A DNA stretch of 64,000 bases. It comes from Eledone cirrhosa (taxonomy: Eukaryota). Below the pieces are notes generated by a model that was given only the letters and a program-made list of their open reading frames with translations, was not told the DNA's origin and ran no database searches. Each line of letters opens with the position of its first letter. Position 1 is the first letter of the stretch. Below, piece by piece: positions 1 through 11,400 of the stretch. Where the stretch lies: positions 50,158,001 to 50,222,000 of the forward strand of contig OZ024746.1 in the NCBI GenBank assembly GCA_964016885.1, read 5' to 3'. The translations under genes and the position numbers were made by a program.

Positions 1-1346
1 ATGGGGTGGATCCGTTTTTTATTTGGGTGCCCGTTTTTTATTGGGGGTTCCGTTTTTTATTGGGGGTTCCGTTTTTCATATGGGTGCCCGGTTTTTATTT
101 GTGTGCCCGTATTTCGTGGGAGTGGCGCCGTTTTTATTTGGGTACCCGTTTATTATGGGGCGAGTCCGTTTCTATTTGGGTGCCCGTTTTTTATTGGGTG
201 GTGGGGGTCCGTTTTTTATTTGGGTGCCCGTTTTTTATGGCGAAGGTCTGTTTTTATGGGGAGTGGTCCTTTTTTTATTTGGGTGGCCCGTTTTCTTATT
301 TGGGTGCCCGTTTTTTATATGGGTGCCCGTTTTTTAGGGTAGAGGTCCGTTCATTATTTGGGTGCCCATTTTTTATGGGGGGTCCGTTTTTTATTTCGGT
401 GCCCGTTTTTTAGGGGGCGATTCCTTTTTTATTTGGGTGTCCATATTTTACGGTGGTGGGGGTCCGTTTTTTATTTGGATGCCCGTTTTTCATGGGGGTG
501 TCCGTTTTTCATGGGGGTGTCCGTTTTTTATTTGGGTTCACGTTTTTTAGGGGGAAGGTCCCTTTATTATTTGGGTGCCTATTTTTTTTTTATTGGGGGT
601 CCGTTTTTTATTTGGGTGCCCGTTTTATGGGGTGGAGCCGATTTCTTATTTGGGAGCACGTTTTTTATGGGGTGGATCCGTTTTTTATTTGGGTACCCGT
701 TTTTTATTGGGGGTTCCGTTTTTCATATGGGTGCCTTTTTTTATTTGTGTGCCCGTATTTCATGGGAGTGGGGCCGTTTTTTATTTGGGTGCCCGTTTAT
801 TAGGTGGGGATACTGGTCCGTTTTTTATTTGGGTGCCTGTTTTTTATGGGGCGTGTCCGTTTCTATTTGGGTGCCCGTTTTTTATTGGGTGGGGGTCCGT
901 ATTTTATTTGGGAGCCCGTTTTTTATGGGAGGGGGGTCCGTTTTTTATGAGGTGGTCTGTTTTTTATTTGGGTGCCCGTTTTTTATGGGTGAGGTCCGTT
1001 TTTTATGGGGGGTGGTCCGTTTTTTATTTGGGATGTTCGTTTTCTATGGGGTGTCCGTTTTTTATTTGGGTGCCCGTTTTATATGGGGGGATCCGTTTTT
1101 TATTTGGTTGTCCGTTTTTTATGGTGGGGGTCCGTTTTTTATTTGGATGTCCGTTTTTTATGGAGGAGGTGGTCCGTTTTTTATTTGTGGGTGAGGGTCC
1201 GTTTTTTATTTGTATGCCCGTTTTTATGGGGGGTCAGTTTTTTATTTGGGTGCCCGTTTATTATGGAGCGAGTCCGTTTCTATTTGTGTGCCAGTTTTTT
1301 AGGGGGGGGGATGTTGGTCCGTTTTTTATTTGTGTGCCCATTTTTT
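1..1346 (+). repeat. G/T-rich satellite, block 1 (~18-19 bp subunits, ~37 bp dimer)
   Basis: Continuous variants of TTTTTTATTTGGGTGCCCG / TTTTTTATGGGGGGTCCG. Confidence 0.97.
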
Positions 1347-1367
1347 ATATATATATATATATATATA

Positions 1368-1540
1368 GGAAAAGACTCATGACCCCGCCGGCTAAGCTCC
1401 GGCCGTCTCGACAGCTAGGTCTGAACTAGCTGTTGAAGCGGCCGGAGCTCAGCCGTCGGGGTCCTGACTCTTTTCCTTGTAGCCACTCTGCTTTCTTGGT
1501 GCATTATGGTCCACCTGGTTACTTACCACACTTCCTTCGT
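1368..1540. other. Module D: GC-rich 109-nt hairpin (1368-1476) plus flank, copy 1
   Basis: Arms 1368-1418 and 1426-1476 are reverse complements with 7 substitutions in 51 and no indels; loop GTCTGAA; flanked by (TA)n; repeated at 5274. Confidence 0.9.
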
Positions 1541-1555
1541 TATATATATATATGT

Positions 1556-1591
<36 letters not shown>

Positions 1592-1595
<4 letters not shown>

Positions 1596-1642
1596 GAAAG
1601 GTATAGAAAACACTGCAGCGAAAAGCCAACAGCACTCCATAA
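1592..1642. repeat. Module A: 51-bp interspersed element between (TA)n tracts, copy 1
   Basis: AAATGAAAGGTATAGAAA...CCATAA; same-length homologue at 26520-26570. Confidence 0.8.
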
Positions 1643-1949
1643 TATATATATAAGTGACTATAGCGTCAAAATGGGAAAAATAGTTAACGTAAGATGTGGG
1701 AAAAATAATTCAAACTCATCTCAAAGAGAATGAGGATACAAATTCGTCCACAGAATTTAGTGAAATCCAGGGAAAAATCAATAGAGCCTTAACTCATGAT
1801 AAAATAAAGTTTAAAATACTGATCCTTCAATTTGGAAAAACTTCAAATGATCTGTATAGTTTTAAAGACTATTTCATGAAAACTTTCAGTGGAGATGGTC
1901 ACGGTTGGAATTCAATCCTCAGCAGAGCTCAACTCGATGACCAGGATTG

Positions 1950-1969
1950 TATACATATATATGTATACA

Positions 1970-2053
<84 letters not shown>

Positions 2054-2054
2054 C

Positions 2055-2125
<71 letters not shown>
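1950..2125. repeat. (TA)n microsatellite
   Basis: Direct reading. Similar tracts at about 1347-1367, 1541-1591, 2209-2300, 4044-4122, 5249-5273, 11556-11618, 11760-11861, 16334-16391, 20548-20715 and within 26326-26628. Confidence 0.97.
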
Positions 2126-2129
<4 letters not shown>

Positions 2130-2208
2130 TTTGTGTTTAGTTTAGTGGTCCACCACCGAATAGATCTCACGTAATCAGGCCATTGAAATATATATATAGT
2201 GTTTTTGT
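2126..2208. repeat. Module B, truncated copy
   Basis: AATAGATCTCACGTAATCAGGCCATTGAAATA shared with 11619-11759 and 26367-26484. Confidence 0.85.
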
Positions 2209-2235
2209 GATATATGTATATATTTATATATATAT

Positions 2236-2305
<70 letters not shown>

Positions 2306-2372
2306 GACGTAAAATAAGAAAATATTTTTTTAAAAAAATTTTAAAAAAATTTTTTTACTTACTTAAATTTTC

Positions 2373-2462
2373 ACTCCAACTAATTACTTTCTGCAATGGG
2401 ATAAAGACAGTTACGTAATACAACTGTCGAGAATTCATTGCGTCATCAGGGAGTCTATTCTC
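2373..2462 (-). ncRNA. Type I hammerhead ribozyme, extended (stem III carries a point change in this copy)
   Basis: Minus strand: ACUCC-CUGAUGA-C-GCAAUG...CAUUGC-A-GAAA-GUAAUUAG-UU-GGAGU. Confidence 0.75.
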
Positions 2463-2931
2463 AGTTAAGTCTGCAGGCAATGCGCGGACACTGGCGGCTC
2501 ATATAAAAATAATAATAATTCGGTAGATCGAACAGCTTGCGAGGACTGGATTCTATGTACCGAAATTCTCACTGCTTCAAGTCAAATGGCCGATTCTAAA
2601 GAATCAATCACGTGACACAGAGGCTAGTTAGAAGGAATGGGATGGTAAGATGACTGACGCCTACTAACACCCCCAAAAAAAAATTTCTTTAGAAGTGGTT
2701 TTGACAAGTTTGCTCGACAAATCAGTGATTTGGAGATAAATATAGATAATTTAATATATCAACTAACATAAGCGCACAGATGCACGCCCATGCCAGCAAA
2801 TACACAGGTTATGTCATAGTACCTAGGTGGTTCAATGCAGGAGAATGCAGAACAATAATATAAAGGACGTAAAATAAGAAAATATTTTTTTAAAAAAATT
2901 TTAAAAAAATTTTTTACTTACTTAAATTTTC

Positions 2932-3021
2932 ACTCCAACTAATTAGTTTCTGCAATGGGATAAAGACAGTTACGTAATACAACTGTCGAGAATTCATTGC
3001 GTCATCAGGGAGTCTATTCTC
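2932..3021 (-). ncRNA. Type I hammerhead ribozyme, extended, intact
   Basis: Stem I ACUCC/GGAGU, core CUGAUGA and GAAA, stem II GCAAUG/CAUUGC, palindromic stem III AACUAAUUAGUU, predicted cleavage after GUU. Confidence 0.85.
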
Positions 3022-3495
3022 AGTTAAGTCTCCAGGCAATGCGCGGACACTGGCGGCTCATATAAAAATAATAATAATTCGGTAGATCGAACAGCTTGCG
3101 AGGACTGGATTCTATGTACCGAAATTCTCACTGCTTCAAGTCAAATGGCCGATTCTAAAGAATCAATCACGTGACACAGAGGCTAGTTAGAAGGAATGGG
3201 ATGGTAAGATGACTGACGCCTACTAACACCCCCAAAAAAAAAATTTCTTTAGAAGTGGTTTTGACAAGTTTGCTCGACAAATCAGTGATTTGGAGATAAA
3301 TATAGATAATTTAATATATCAACTAACATAAGCGCACAGATGCACGCCCATGCCAGCAAATACACAGGTTATGTCATAGTACCTAGGTGGTGGTTCAATG
3401 CAGGAGAATGCAGAACAATAATATAAAGGACGTAAAATAAGAAAATATTTTTTTAAAAAAATTTTAAAAAAATTTTTTTACTTACTTAAATTTTC

Positions 3496-3585
3496 ACTCC
3501 AACTAATTAGTTTCTGCAATGGGATAAAGACAGTTACGTAATACAACTGTCGAGAATTCATTGCGTCATCAGGGAGTCTATTCTC
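3496..3585 (-). ncRNA. Type I hammerhead ribozyme, extended, intact
   Basis: Same motif as 2932-3021. Confidence 0.85.
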
Positions 3586-4041
3586 AGTTAAGTCTGCAGG
3601 CAATGCGCGGACACTGGCGGCTCATATAAAAATAATAATAATTCGGTAGATCGAACAGCTTGCGAGGACTGGATTCTATGTACCGAAATTCTCACTGCTT
3701 CAAGTCAAATGGCCGATTCTAAAGAATCAATCACGTGACACAGAGGCTAGTTAGAAGGAATGGGATGGTAAGATGACTGACGCCTACTAACACCCCCAAA
3801 AAAAAATTTCTTTAGAAGTGGTTTTGACAAGTTTGCTCGACAAATCAGTGATTTGGAGATAAATATAGATAATTTAATATATCAACTAACATAAGCGCAC
3901 AGATGCACGCCCATGCCAGCAAATACACAGGTTATGTCATAGTACCTAGGTGGTTCAATGCAGGAGAATGCAGAACAATAATATAAAGGACGTAAAATAA
4001 GAAAATATTTTTTTAAAAAAAATTTTAAAAAAATTTTTTTA

Positions 4042-4108
<67 letters not shown>

Positions 4109-4121
4109 ATACATATATATA

Positions 4122-4611
4122 TGGAGGGTCTGCGGTGAGAAGACCGGGAAGACAACATATTCTATCAAGCTGTTAAAATCCTGATGGAAATCGTCCTTAA
4201 GTGATGTCTACTCGTCCTTTTTAAAGAACGAGTAGACATTCGATAGTGTTGTTTGCAGTAGACTCAGCTAGAATATATAAGGTAGTCAGGTTATAACTCA
4301 ATCGCTTTTAATCATACATAGTTCTGTTGGATTAAAGGCGACACGAAGCTGAACATTACAGTCTGAATTCAAAACTGAAATTAAGGCTCAATGAATAGTT
4401 AAGCACACCGAGACGTCCAAGACGTCAACGCTCTCTGTTGACTCTCAAATCATGACATCAACACAACCTGATAATTTGATTAATTTCATGTTCAAAGTCT
4501 AGTATTCGCTACACTTCATATTGTGATCGAAAACATTACGCTGTTATAGGGGTTTGTGCTACAGTGGAAGCCTTAAAAATAAGAATGAATTCTGTCTTCA
4601 ATGTTTACATA
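4122..4611. repeat. Module C: structured interspersed element fragment
   Basis: 4122-4259 recurs at 26629-26760; 12-bp hairpin ATGTCTACTCGT/ACGAGTAGACAT at 4204-4239. Confidence 0.75.
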
Positions 4612-5242
4612 TGTGGGGTCCGTTTTTTATTTGGGTACCCGTTTTTTATGGGGGGGATTGTTTTTTATTTGGCTGTCCGTCTTTTATGGGGGTGTGGTCC
4701 TTTTTTTATTTGGGTGCCCGTTTTTTATGGGGGGGGGGTTATGAGGCATCTGTGTTTTACGGGGGGTTTCGTTTTTTTATTTGGTGCCCGTTTTTTATGG
4801 GGGGGTCCATTTTCTTGTTTGGGTGCCCGTTTTTTTATGGGGTGGGTCCGTTTCCTTATTTGGGTGCCCGTTTTATGTGGGTGTATCCGTTTTTTATTTG
4901 GGTGTCCGTTTTTTATTTGTAAACGCGTTTTTTATAGGGGGTCCGTTTTTTATTTGGGAGCCCGTTTTTTATGGGAGGAGTCCGTTTTTTATTTGGGTGC
5001 CCGTTTTTTATGGGGAAGGGGTCCGTTTTTTATTCGGGTGCCCATTTTTTATGGAGGGGTCCGTTTTTTATTTGGGTGCCCGTTTTTATGGGGGGTCCGT
5101 TTTTTATTTGGGTGTCCGTTTTTATGGGGAAGTGTCCGTTTTTTATTTAGGTGCCCGTTTTTTTATGGGGGGAGTCCGTTTTTTATTTGGGTGCCAGTTT
5201 TTTAGGGGGGATGTTGGTCCGTTTTTTATTTGTGTGCCCATT

Positions 5243-5248
<6 letters not shown>
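4612..5248 (+). repeat. G/T-rich satellite, block 2
   Basis: Same monomer as block 1. Confidence 0.97.
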
Positions 5249-5273
<25 letters not shown>

Positions 5274-5426
5274 GGAAAAGACTCATGAACCCGCCGGCTA
5301 AGCTCCGGCCGTCTCGACAGCTAGGTCTGAACTAGCTGTTGAAGCGGCCGGAGCTCAGCCGTCGGGGTCCTGACTCTTTTCCTTGTAGCCACTCTGCTTT
5401 CTTGGTGCATTATGGTCCACCTGGTT
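5274..5426. other. Module D hairpin, copy 2 (truncated on the right by satellite)
   Basis: Matches 1368-1520 apart from one C>A change seen in the left arm. Confidence 0.9.
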
Positions 5427-8400
5427 TTTTATGGGGTGGGTCCGTTTCCTTATTTGGGTGCCCGTTTATTAGGGGAAGGTCCGTTTTTTATTTGTGTGCC
5501 CGTTTTTTATATGGGTGCCCGTTTTTCATGGGAGGGGGTCCGTTTTTTAGGGGGGTATATTGGTCCGTTTTTTATTTGGGTGCCCATTTTTAATGGAGGG
5601 GCGTTTTTTATTTGGATGCTCATTCTTTATGGGGGCGTCCGTTTCTATTTGGGTGCCCGTTTTTTATTGGGTGTGGATTCGTTTTTTATTTGGGTGCCCG
5701 TATTTTATGGGAGGGGTTTCGTTTTTTATTTGGGTGCACGTTTTTTATGAGGGGGTCCGTTTTTTATTTGGGTGCCCGTTTTTTATGGGGGGGGGGTGTC
5801 CGTTTTTTATTTGGTTGCCCGTTTTATATGGGGGGTTCTGTTTTTTATTTGGTTGCCGGTTTTTATGGGGGGTATCCGTTTTTATTTGGGTGCCCGTTTT
5901 TAATGAGGCGTACGTTTTTTATAGGGTGCCCGTTTTTTATTTGGGTGCCCTTTTATATGAGGGGTGTCCGTTTTTTATGGGGGTATCCGTCTTTATTTGG
6001 GTGCCTGTTTTTTATGGGGTGGGTTCGTTTTCTTATTTAGGTGCCCGTTTTTTATATGGGTGCCCGTTATTTTATTTGGGTGCCCGTTTTTAATGGAGGG
6101 GCGTTTTTTATTTGGAAGCTCGTTCTTTATGGGGGGAGTCCGTTTCAATTTGGGTGCCCGTTTTTTATTGGGTGGGGTTCCGATTTTTATTTGGGTGCCC
6201 GTTTTTTATGAGGGGGCCCGTTTTTTTATTTGGGTGCCCGTTTTTTATGGGGGGATCCATTTTTTATTTGGGTGCCCGTTTTTTATTGGGGGTTCCGTTT
6301 TTCATATGGGTGCCCGTTTTTTATTTGGGTGCCCGTTTTTGAGGGGGGATATTGGTCCGTTTTTTATTTGGGTGCCCGTTTTTTATGGGGGGTCCGTTTT
6401 TTATTTGGGTGCCAGTTTTTAATGGCTAGGGGCGTTTTTTATTTGGGTGCCCGTTTTTTATGGGGCGAGTCCTTTTCTGTTTGGGTGCCCGTTTTTTTTA
6501 TTGGGTGGAGTTTTTTTTATTTGGGTGCCCGTTTTTTATGGGAGGGGTCCGTTTTTCATTTCGCTGCCCGTTTTTTCTGGAGGGGGTCCGTTTTTTATTT
6601 GACCGCCCGTTTTTTATGAGGGGGTCCGTTTTTTATTTGGGTGCTCGATTTTTAGGGGGGAAGTCCGTTTTTTATGGGGGTGGTCCGTTTTTTATTTGGG
6701 TGGCCGTTTTTTATGGGGGCGTCCGTTTTTTCTTTGGGTGCCCGTTTTATATGGGGGATCCATTTTTTATTTGGGTGGCCGTTTTTTATGGGGGGGGGGT
6801 CCGTCTTTTATTTCGGTGCCCGTTTTTATGGGGTGAGGCCGTTTTCTTATTTGGCTGCCCGTTTTTTATGGGGGATCCATTTTTTATTTGGGTGCCCGTT
6901 TTTTATTGGGGGTTCCGTTTTTCATATGGGTGCCCGTTTTTTATTTGGGTGCCCGTTTTTGAGGGGGGATATTGGTCCGTTTTTTATTTGGGTGCCCGTT
7001 TTTTATGGGGGGTCCGTTTTTTATTTGGGTGCCAGTTTTTAATGGCTAGGGGCGTTTTTTATTTGGGTGCCCGTTTTTTATGAGGCTAGTCCTTTTCTAT
7101 TTGGGTGCCCGTTTTTTTATTGGGTGGAGTTTTTTTTATTTGGGTGCCCGTTTTTTATGGGAGGGGTCCGTTTTTTATTTCGCTGCCCGTTTTTTCTGGT
7201 GGGGGGTCCGTTTTTTATTTGACCGCCCGTTTTTTATGAGGGGGTCCGTTTTTTATTTGGGTGCTCGTTTTTTAAGGGGGAAGTCCGTTTTTTATGGGGG
7301 TGGTCCGTTTTTTATTTGGGTGGCCGTTTTTTATGGGGGCGTCCGTTTTTTCTTTGGGTGCCCGTTTTATATGGGGGATCCATTTTTTATTTGGGTGGCC
7401 GTTTTTTATGGGGGGGTCAGGCTTTTATTTGGGTGCCCGTTTTATATGGGGGGATCCGTTTTTTATTTGACTGTACGTTTTTTATGGTGGGGTGTCTGTT
7501 TTTTATTTGGGTGCCCGTTTTTTAGGGGGAGTGTTGGTCCGTTTTTTATTTGGGTCCCCGTTTTTTATGGGGGTCCGTTTTTTTATTAGGGTACCCATTT
7601 TTATAGGGGGTCCGTTTTATATTTGGGAGCCCGTTTTTTATGGGGGGAGTCCGTTTTTTATTTGGGTGCCCGTTTTTTATGGGGGGAGCCATTTTTTATT
7701 TGTGTGCCCGTTTTTTATGGGGGTCCGTTTTTTATTTAGGTACCCGTTTTTTATGGGGGGTCCGTTTTTTATTTGGGTGCCAGTTTTTTACGGGGTGGGG
7801 TACGATTTTTATTTGGGTGCCCTTTTTATGAGGGGTGTCCGTTTTTTATGGGGGTATCCGTTTTTATTTGGGTGCCTGTTTTTTATGGGGTGGGTTCGTT
7901 TTTTATATGGGTGCCCGTTTTTTTATTTGGGTGCCCGTTTTTAATTGAGGGGCGTTTTTTATTTGGAAGCTCGTTCTTTATGGGGGGAGTCCGTTTCTAT
8001 TTGGGTGCCCGTTTTTTATTGGGTGGGGATCCGTTTTTTATTTGGGTGCCCGTTTTTTATGGGAGGGGTTATGTTTTTTATTTGGGTGCCCGTTTTTTAT
8101 GAGGCGGCCCGTTTTTTTATTTGGGTGCCCGTTTTTAATGGATGTGCGTTTTTTATTTGGAAGCTCGTTCTTTATGGGGGGAGTCCGTTTCTATTTGGGT
8201 GCCCGTTTTTTATTGGGTGGGGATCCGTTTTTTATTTGGGTGCCCGTTTTTTATGGGAGGGGTTCCGAGTTTTATTTGGGTGCCCGTTTTTTATGAGGGG
8301 GCCCGTTTTTTTTATTTGGGTGCCCGTTTTTAATGGAGGTGCGTTTTTTATTTGGAAGCTCGTTCTTTATGGGGGAGTCCGTTTCTATTTGGGTACCCGT

Positions 8401-11400
8401 TTTTTATTTGGGTGCCCGTTTTTTATGGGAGGCGTTCCGTTTTTTATTTGGGTGCCCGTTTTTTATGAGGGGGTCCGTTTTTTTATTTGGGTGCCCGTTT
8501 TTTATGGGTGGGTCCGTTTTTTATTTGGGTGTCCGTGTTTTATGATGGGGGCTGTTTTATTTGGGCGCCCGTTTTTTAGGGGCTTGTTGGTCCACTTTTT
8601 AATTGGGGACTCGTTTTTTATGGGGGGTCCGTTTTTTTTTGGGGGGGGGGGGCGTTTTTTATTTGGATGCGCGTTTTTATGGGGTGGGGCCGTTTTCTTA
8701 TTTGGGTGCCCGTTTTTTATGGGAGGTGTCCGTTTCTTATTTCGGTGCCCGTTTTTTCTGGGGGGTCCGTTTTTTATTTGGGTGCCCGTTTTTATGGGGT
8801 GGGGCCGTTTTCTTATTTGGCTGCCCGTTTTTTATGGGGGGGATCCATTTTTTATTTGGGTGCTTGTTTTTTATTGGGGGTTCCGTTTTTCATATGGGTG
8901 CCCGTTTTTTATTTGGGTGCCCGTTTTTGAGGGGGGATATTGGTCCGTTTTTTATTTGGGTGCCCGTTTTTTATGGGGGGTCCGTTTTTTATTTGGGTGC
9001 CAGTTTTTAATGGCTAGGGGCGTTTTTTATTTGGGTGCCCGTTGTTTATGGGGCGAGTCCTTTTCTATTTGGGTGCACGTTTTTTTATTGGGTGGAGTTT
9101 TTTTTATTTGGGTGCGCGTTTTTTATGGGAGGGGTCCGTTTTTTATTTCGCTGCCCGTTTTTTCTGGAGGGGGTCCGTTTTTTATTTGACCGCCTTTTTT
9201 TATGAGGGGGTCCGTTTTTTATTTGGGTGCTCGTTTTTTAAGGGGGAAGTCCGTTTTTTATGGGGGGGTGTTCCGTTTTTTATTTAGGTGCCCGTTTTTT
9301 ATGGGGGGGTCCATTTTTTATTTGGGTGCCAGTTTTTTACGGGGTGGGGTACGATTTTTATTTGGGTGCCCTTTTTTATGAGGTGTGTCAGTTTTTTATG
9401 GGGGTATCCGTTTTTATTTGGGTGCCTGTTTTTTATGGGGTGGGTTCGTTTTCTTATTTAGGTGCCCATTTTTTATATGGGTGCCGTTTTTTTATTTGGG
9501 TGTCCGTTTTTAATGGAGGGCCGTTTTTTATTTGGAAGCTCGTTCTTTATGGGGGGGAGTCCGTTTCTATTTGGGTGCCCGTTTTTTATTGGGTGGGGAT
9601 CCGTTTTTTATTTGGGTGCCCGTTTTTTATGGGAGGGGTTATGTTTTTTATTTGGGTGCCCGTTTTTTATGAGGCGGCCCGTTTTTTTATTTGGGTGCCC
9701 GTTTTTAATGGATGTGCGTTTTTTATTTGGAAGCTCGTTCTTTATGGGGGGGTCCGTTTCTATTTGGGTGCCCGTTTTTTATTGGGTGGAGATCCGTTTT
9801 TTATTTGGGTGCCCGTTTTTTGTGGGAGGGGTTCCGATTTTTATTTGGGTGCCCGTCTTTTATGGGGTGGTCCGTTTTTTATTTGGGTGTCCGTGTTTTA
9901 TGGTGGGGGCTTTGTTTTATTTGGGCGCCCGTTTTTTAGGGGGCTGTTGGTCCACTTTTTAATTGAGGGCCCGTTTTTTATGGGGGGTCTGTTTTTTGTT
10001 GGGGGGTCCGTTCATTATTTGGATGCGCGTTTTTATGGGGTGGGGCCGTTTTCTTATTTGGGTGCCCGTTTTTATGAGGTGGGGCCGTTTTCTTATTTGG
10101 CTGCCCGTTTTTTATGGGGGGGATCCGTTTTTTATTTGGGTGCCCGTTTTTTATTGGGGTTCCGTTTTTCATATGGGTGCCCGTTTTTTATTTGGGTGCC
10201 CGTTTTTGAAGGGGGATATTGGTCCGTTTTTTATTTGGGTGCCCGTTTTTTATGGGGGATCCGTTTTATATTTGGGTTCCCGTTTTGGGGGGGGCCCGTT
10301 TTTATGCGGGGTGTCCGTTTTTATGCGGGGTCCGTTTTTTTTTCGGGTGCCCGCTTTTTATGGGGTGGGTTTGTTTTCTTATTTAGGTGCCCGTTTTGGG
10401 GGGGGCTTTTTTGTTTGGGTGCCCGTTTTTTATTAGGGTCCCCGTTTTTTATGGTTGGGTGGTCCGTTTTTTATTTGGGTGCGCATTTTTCATGGAGGTG
10501 TCCGTTGTTTTATTTGGGAGCCCGTTTTTATGGGGGCTATCCGTTTTTTTTATGGGTGCCCTTTTTTTAGGGGGAGGTCCGTTTATTATTTGGGTGCCCA
10601 TTTTTTATGGAGGAGGGGGTACGTTTTTTATTTGGGTGCCAGTTTTTAATGGCTGGGGCGTGTTTTATTTGGGTACCCGTTTTTTATTGGGTGAAGGTCC
10701 GTTTTTTATTTGGGTGCCCGTTTTTTATGAGAGGGTCCGTTTTTTATTTGGGTGTCCGTTTTTTTATGGCGGGGGTCAGTTTGTCATGGTGGGTGGTCCG
10801 TTTTTTATTTGGGTGCCCGTTTTTTATGGAGGGGATCCGTTTTTCATTAGGGTGCCCTTTTTTATGGTGGGGTCGTCCGTTTTTTATTTGTGTGCGCATT
10901 TTTCATGGAGGTGTCCGTTTTTTTATGGGTGCCCGTTTTTTTAAGGGGGAGGTCCGTTTATTATTTGAGAGCCCGTTTTTTATGGGGCGAGTCCGTTTCT
11001 ATTTGGGTGCCCGTTTTTTGGAAGGGGTCCGTTTATTATTTGGGTGCCCGCTTTTTATGGGAGGGGGTCTGTTTTTTATTTCGATGCCCGTTTTTTCTGG
11101 GGTATGTCCGTATTTTATTTGGGCACCTGTTTTTTATGAGGGGGTCCGTTTTTTATTTGGTTGCCTGATTTTTATGGGGGAGGTCCTTTTTTATTGGTGG
11201 TGGTCCATTTTCTATTTGGGTGGCCGTTTTTTATGGGGGGGTCCGTTTTTATTTGGGTGTCCGTATTATTAGGGGGGATCCGTTTTTTATTTGGGTGCCC
11301 GTTTTATATGAGGGGATCCGTTTTTATTTGGGTGACCCTTTTTTATGGTGAGGTTTCCGTTTTTTATTTGGATGCCCGTTTTTCATGGGGGTGGGGCATT

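Larger units (their letters stand above)
2301..4044 (-). mobile_element. Tandem array of ~561-bp non-coding hammerhead-bearing units (3 full + ~60 bp); retrozyme-like or non-autonomous Penelope-derived, subfamily 1
   Basis: Units start TAAAGGACGTAAAATAAG at 2301, 2861, 3424 and 3984; they are nearly identical, carry one hammerhead each, and the array has (TA)n on both sides. Confidence 0.85.

Noticed and set aside
1840-1950. Possible hammerhead variant (CUGCUGA...GAAA on minus) near hairpin CAATCCT/AGGATTG
   Set aside because: No consistent stems I-III could be built around the core.
1449-2174. ORFs with YIYIYI runs, including 1696-2145
   Set aside because: Translations of (TA)n; the unique part shows no recognisable domain.
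4178-4200. CTGATGGAAATCG resembling a hammerhead or hairpin-ribozyme core
   Set aside because: It lacks the A9/stem II/GAAA arrangement and does not fit hairpin ribozyme loops A and B.
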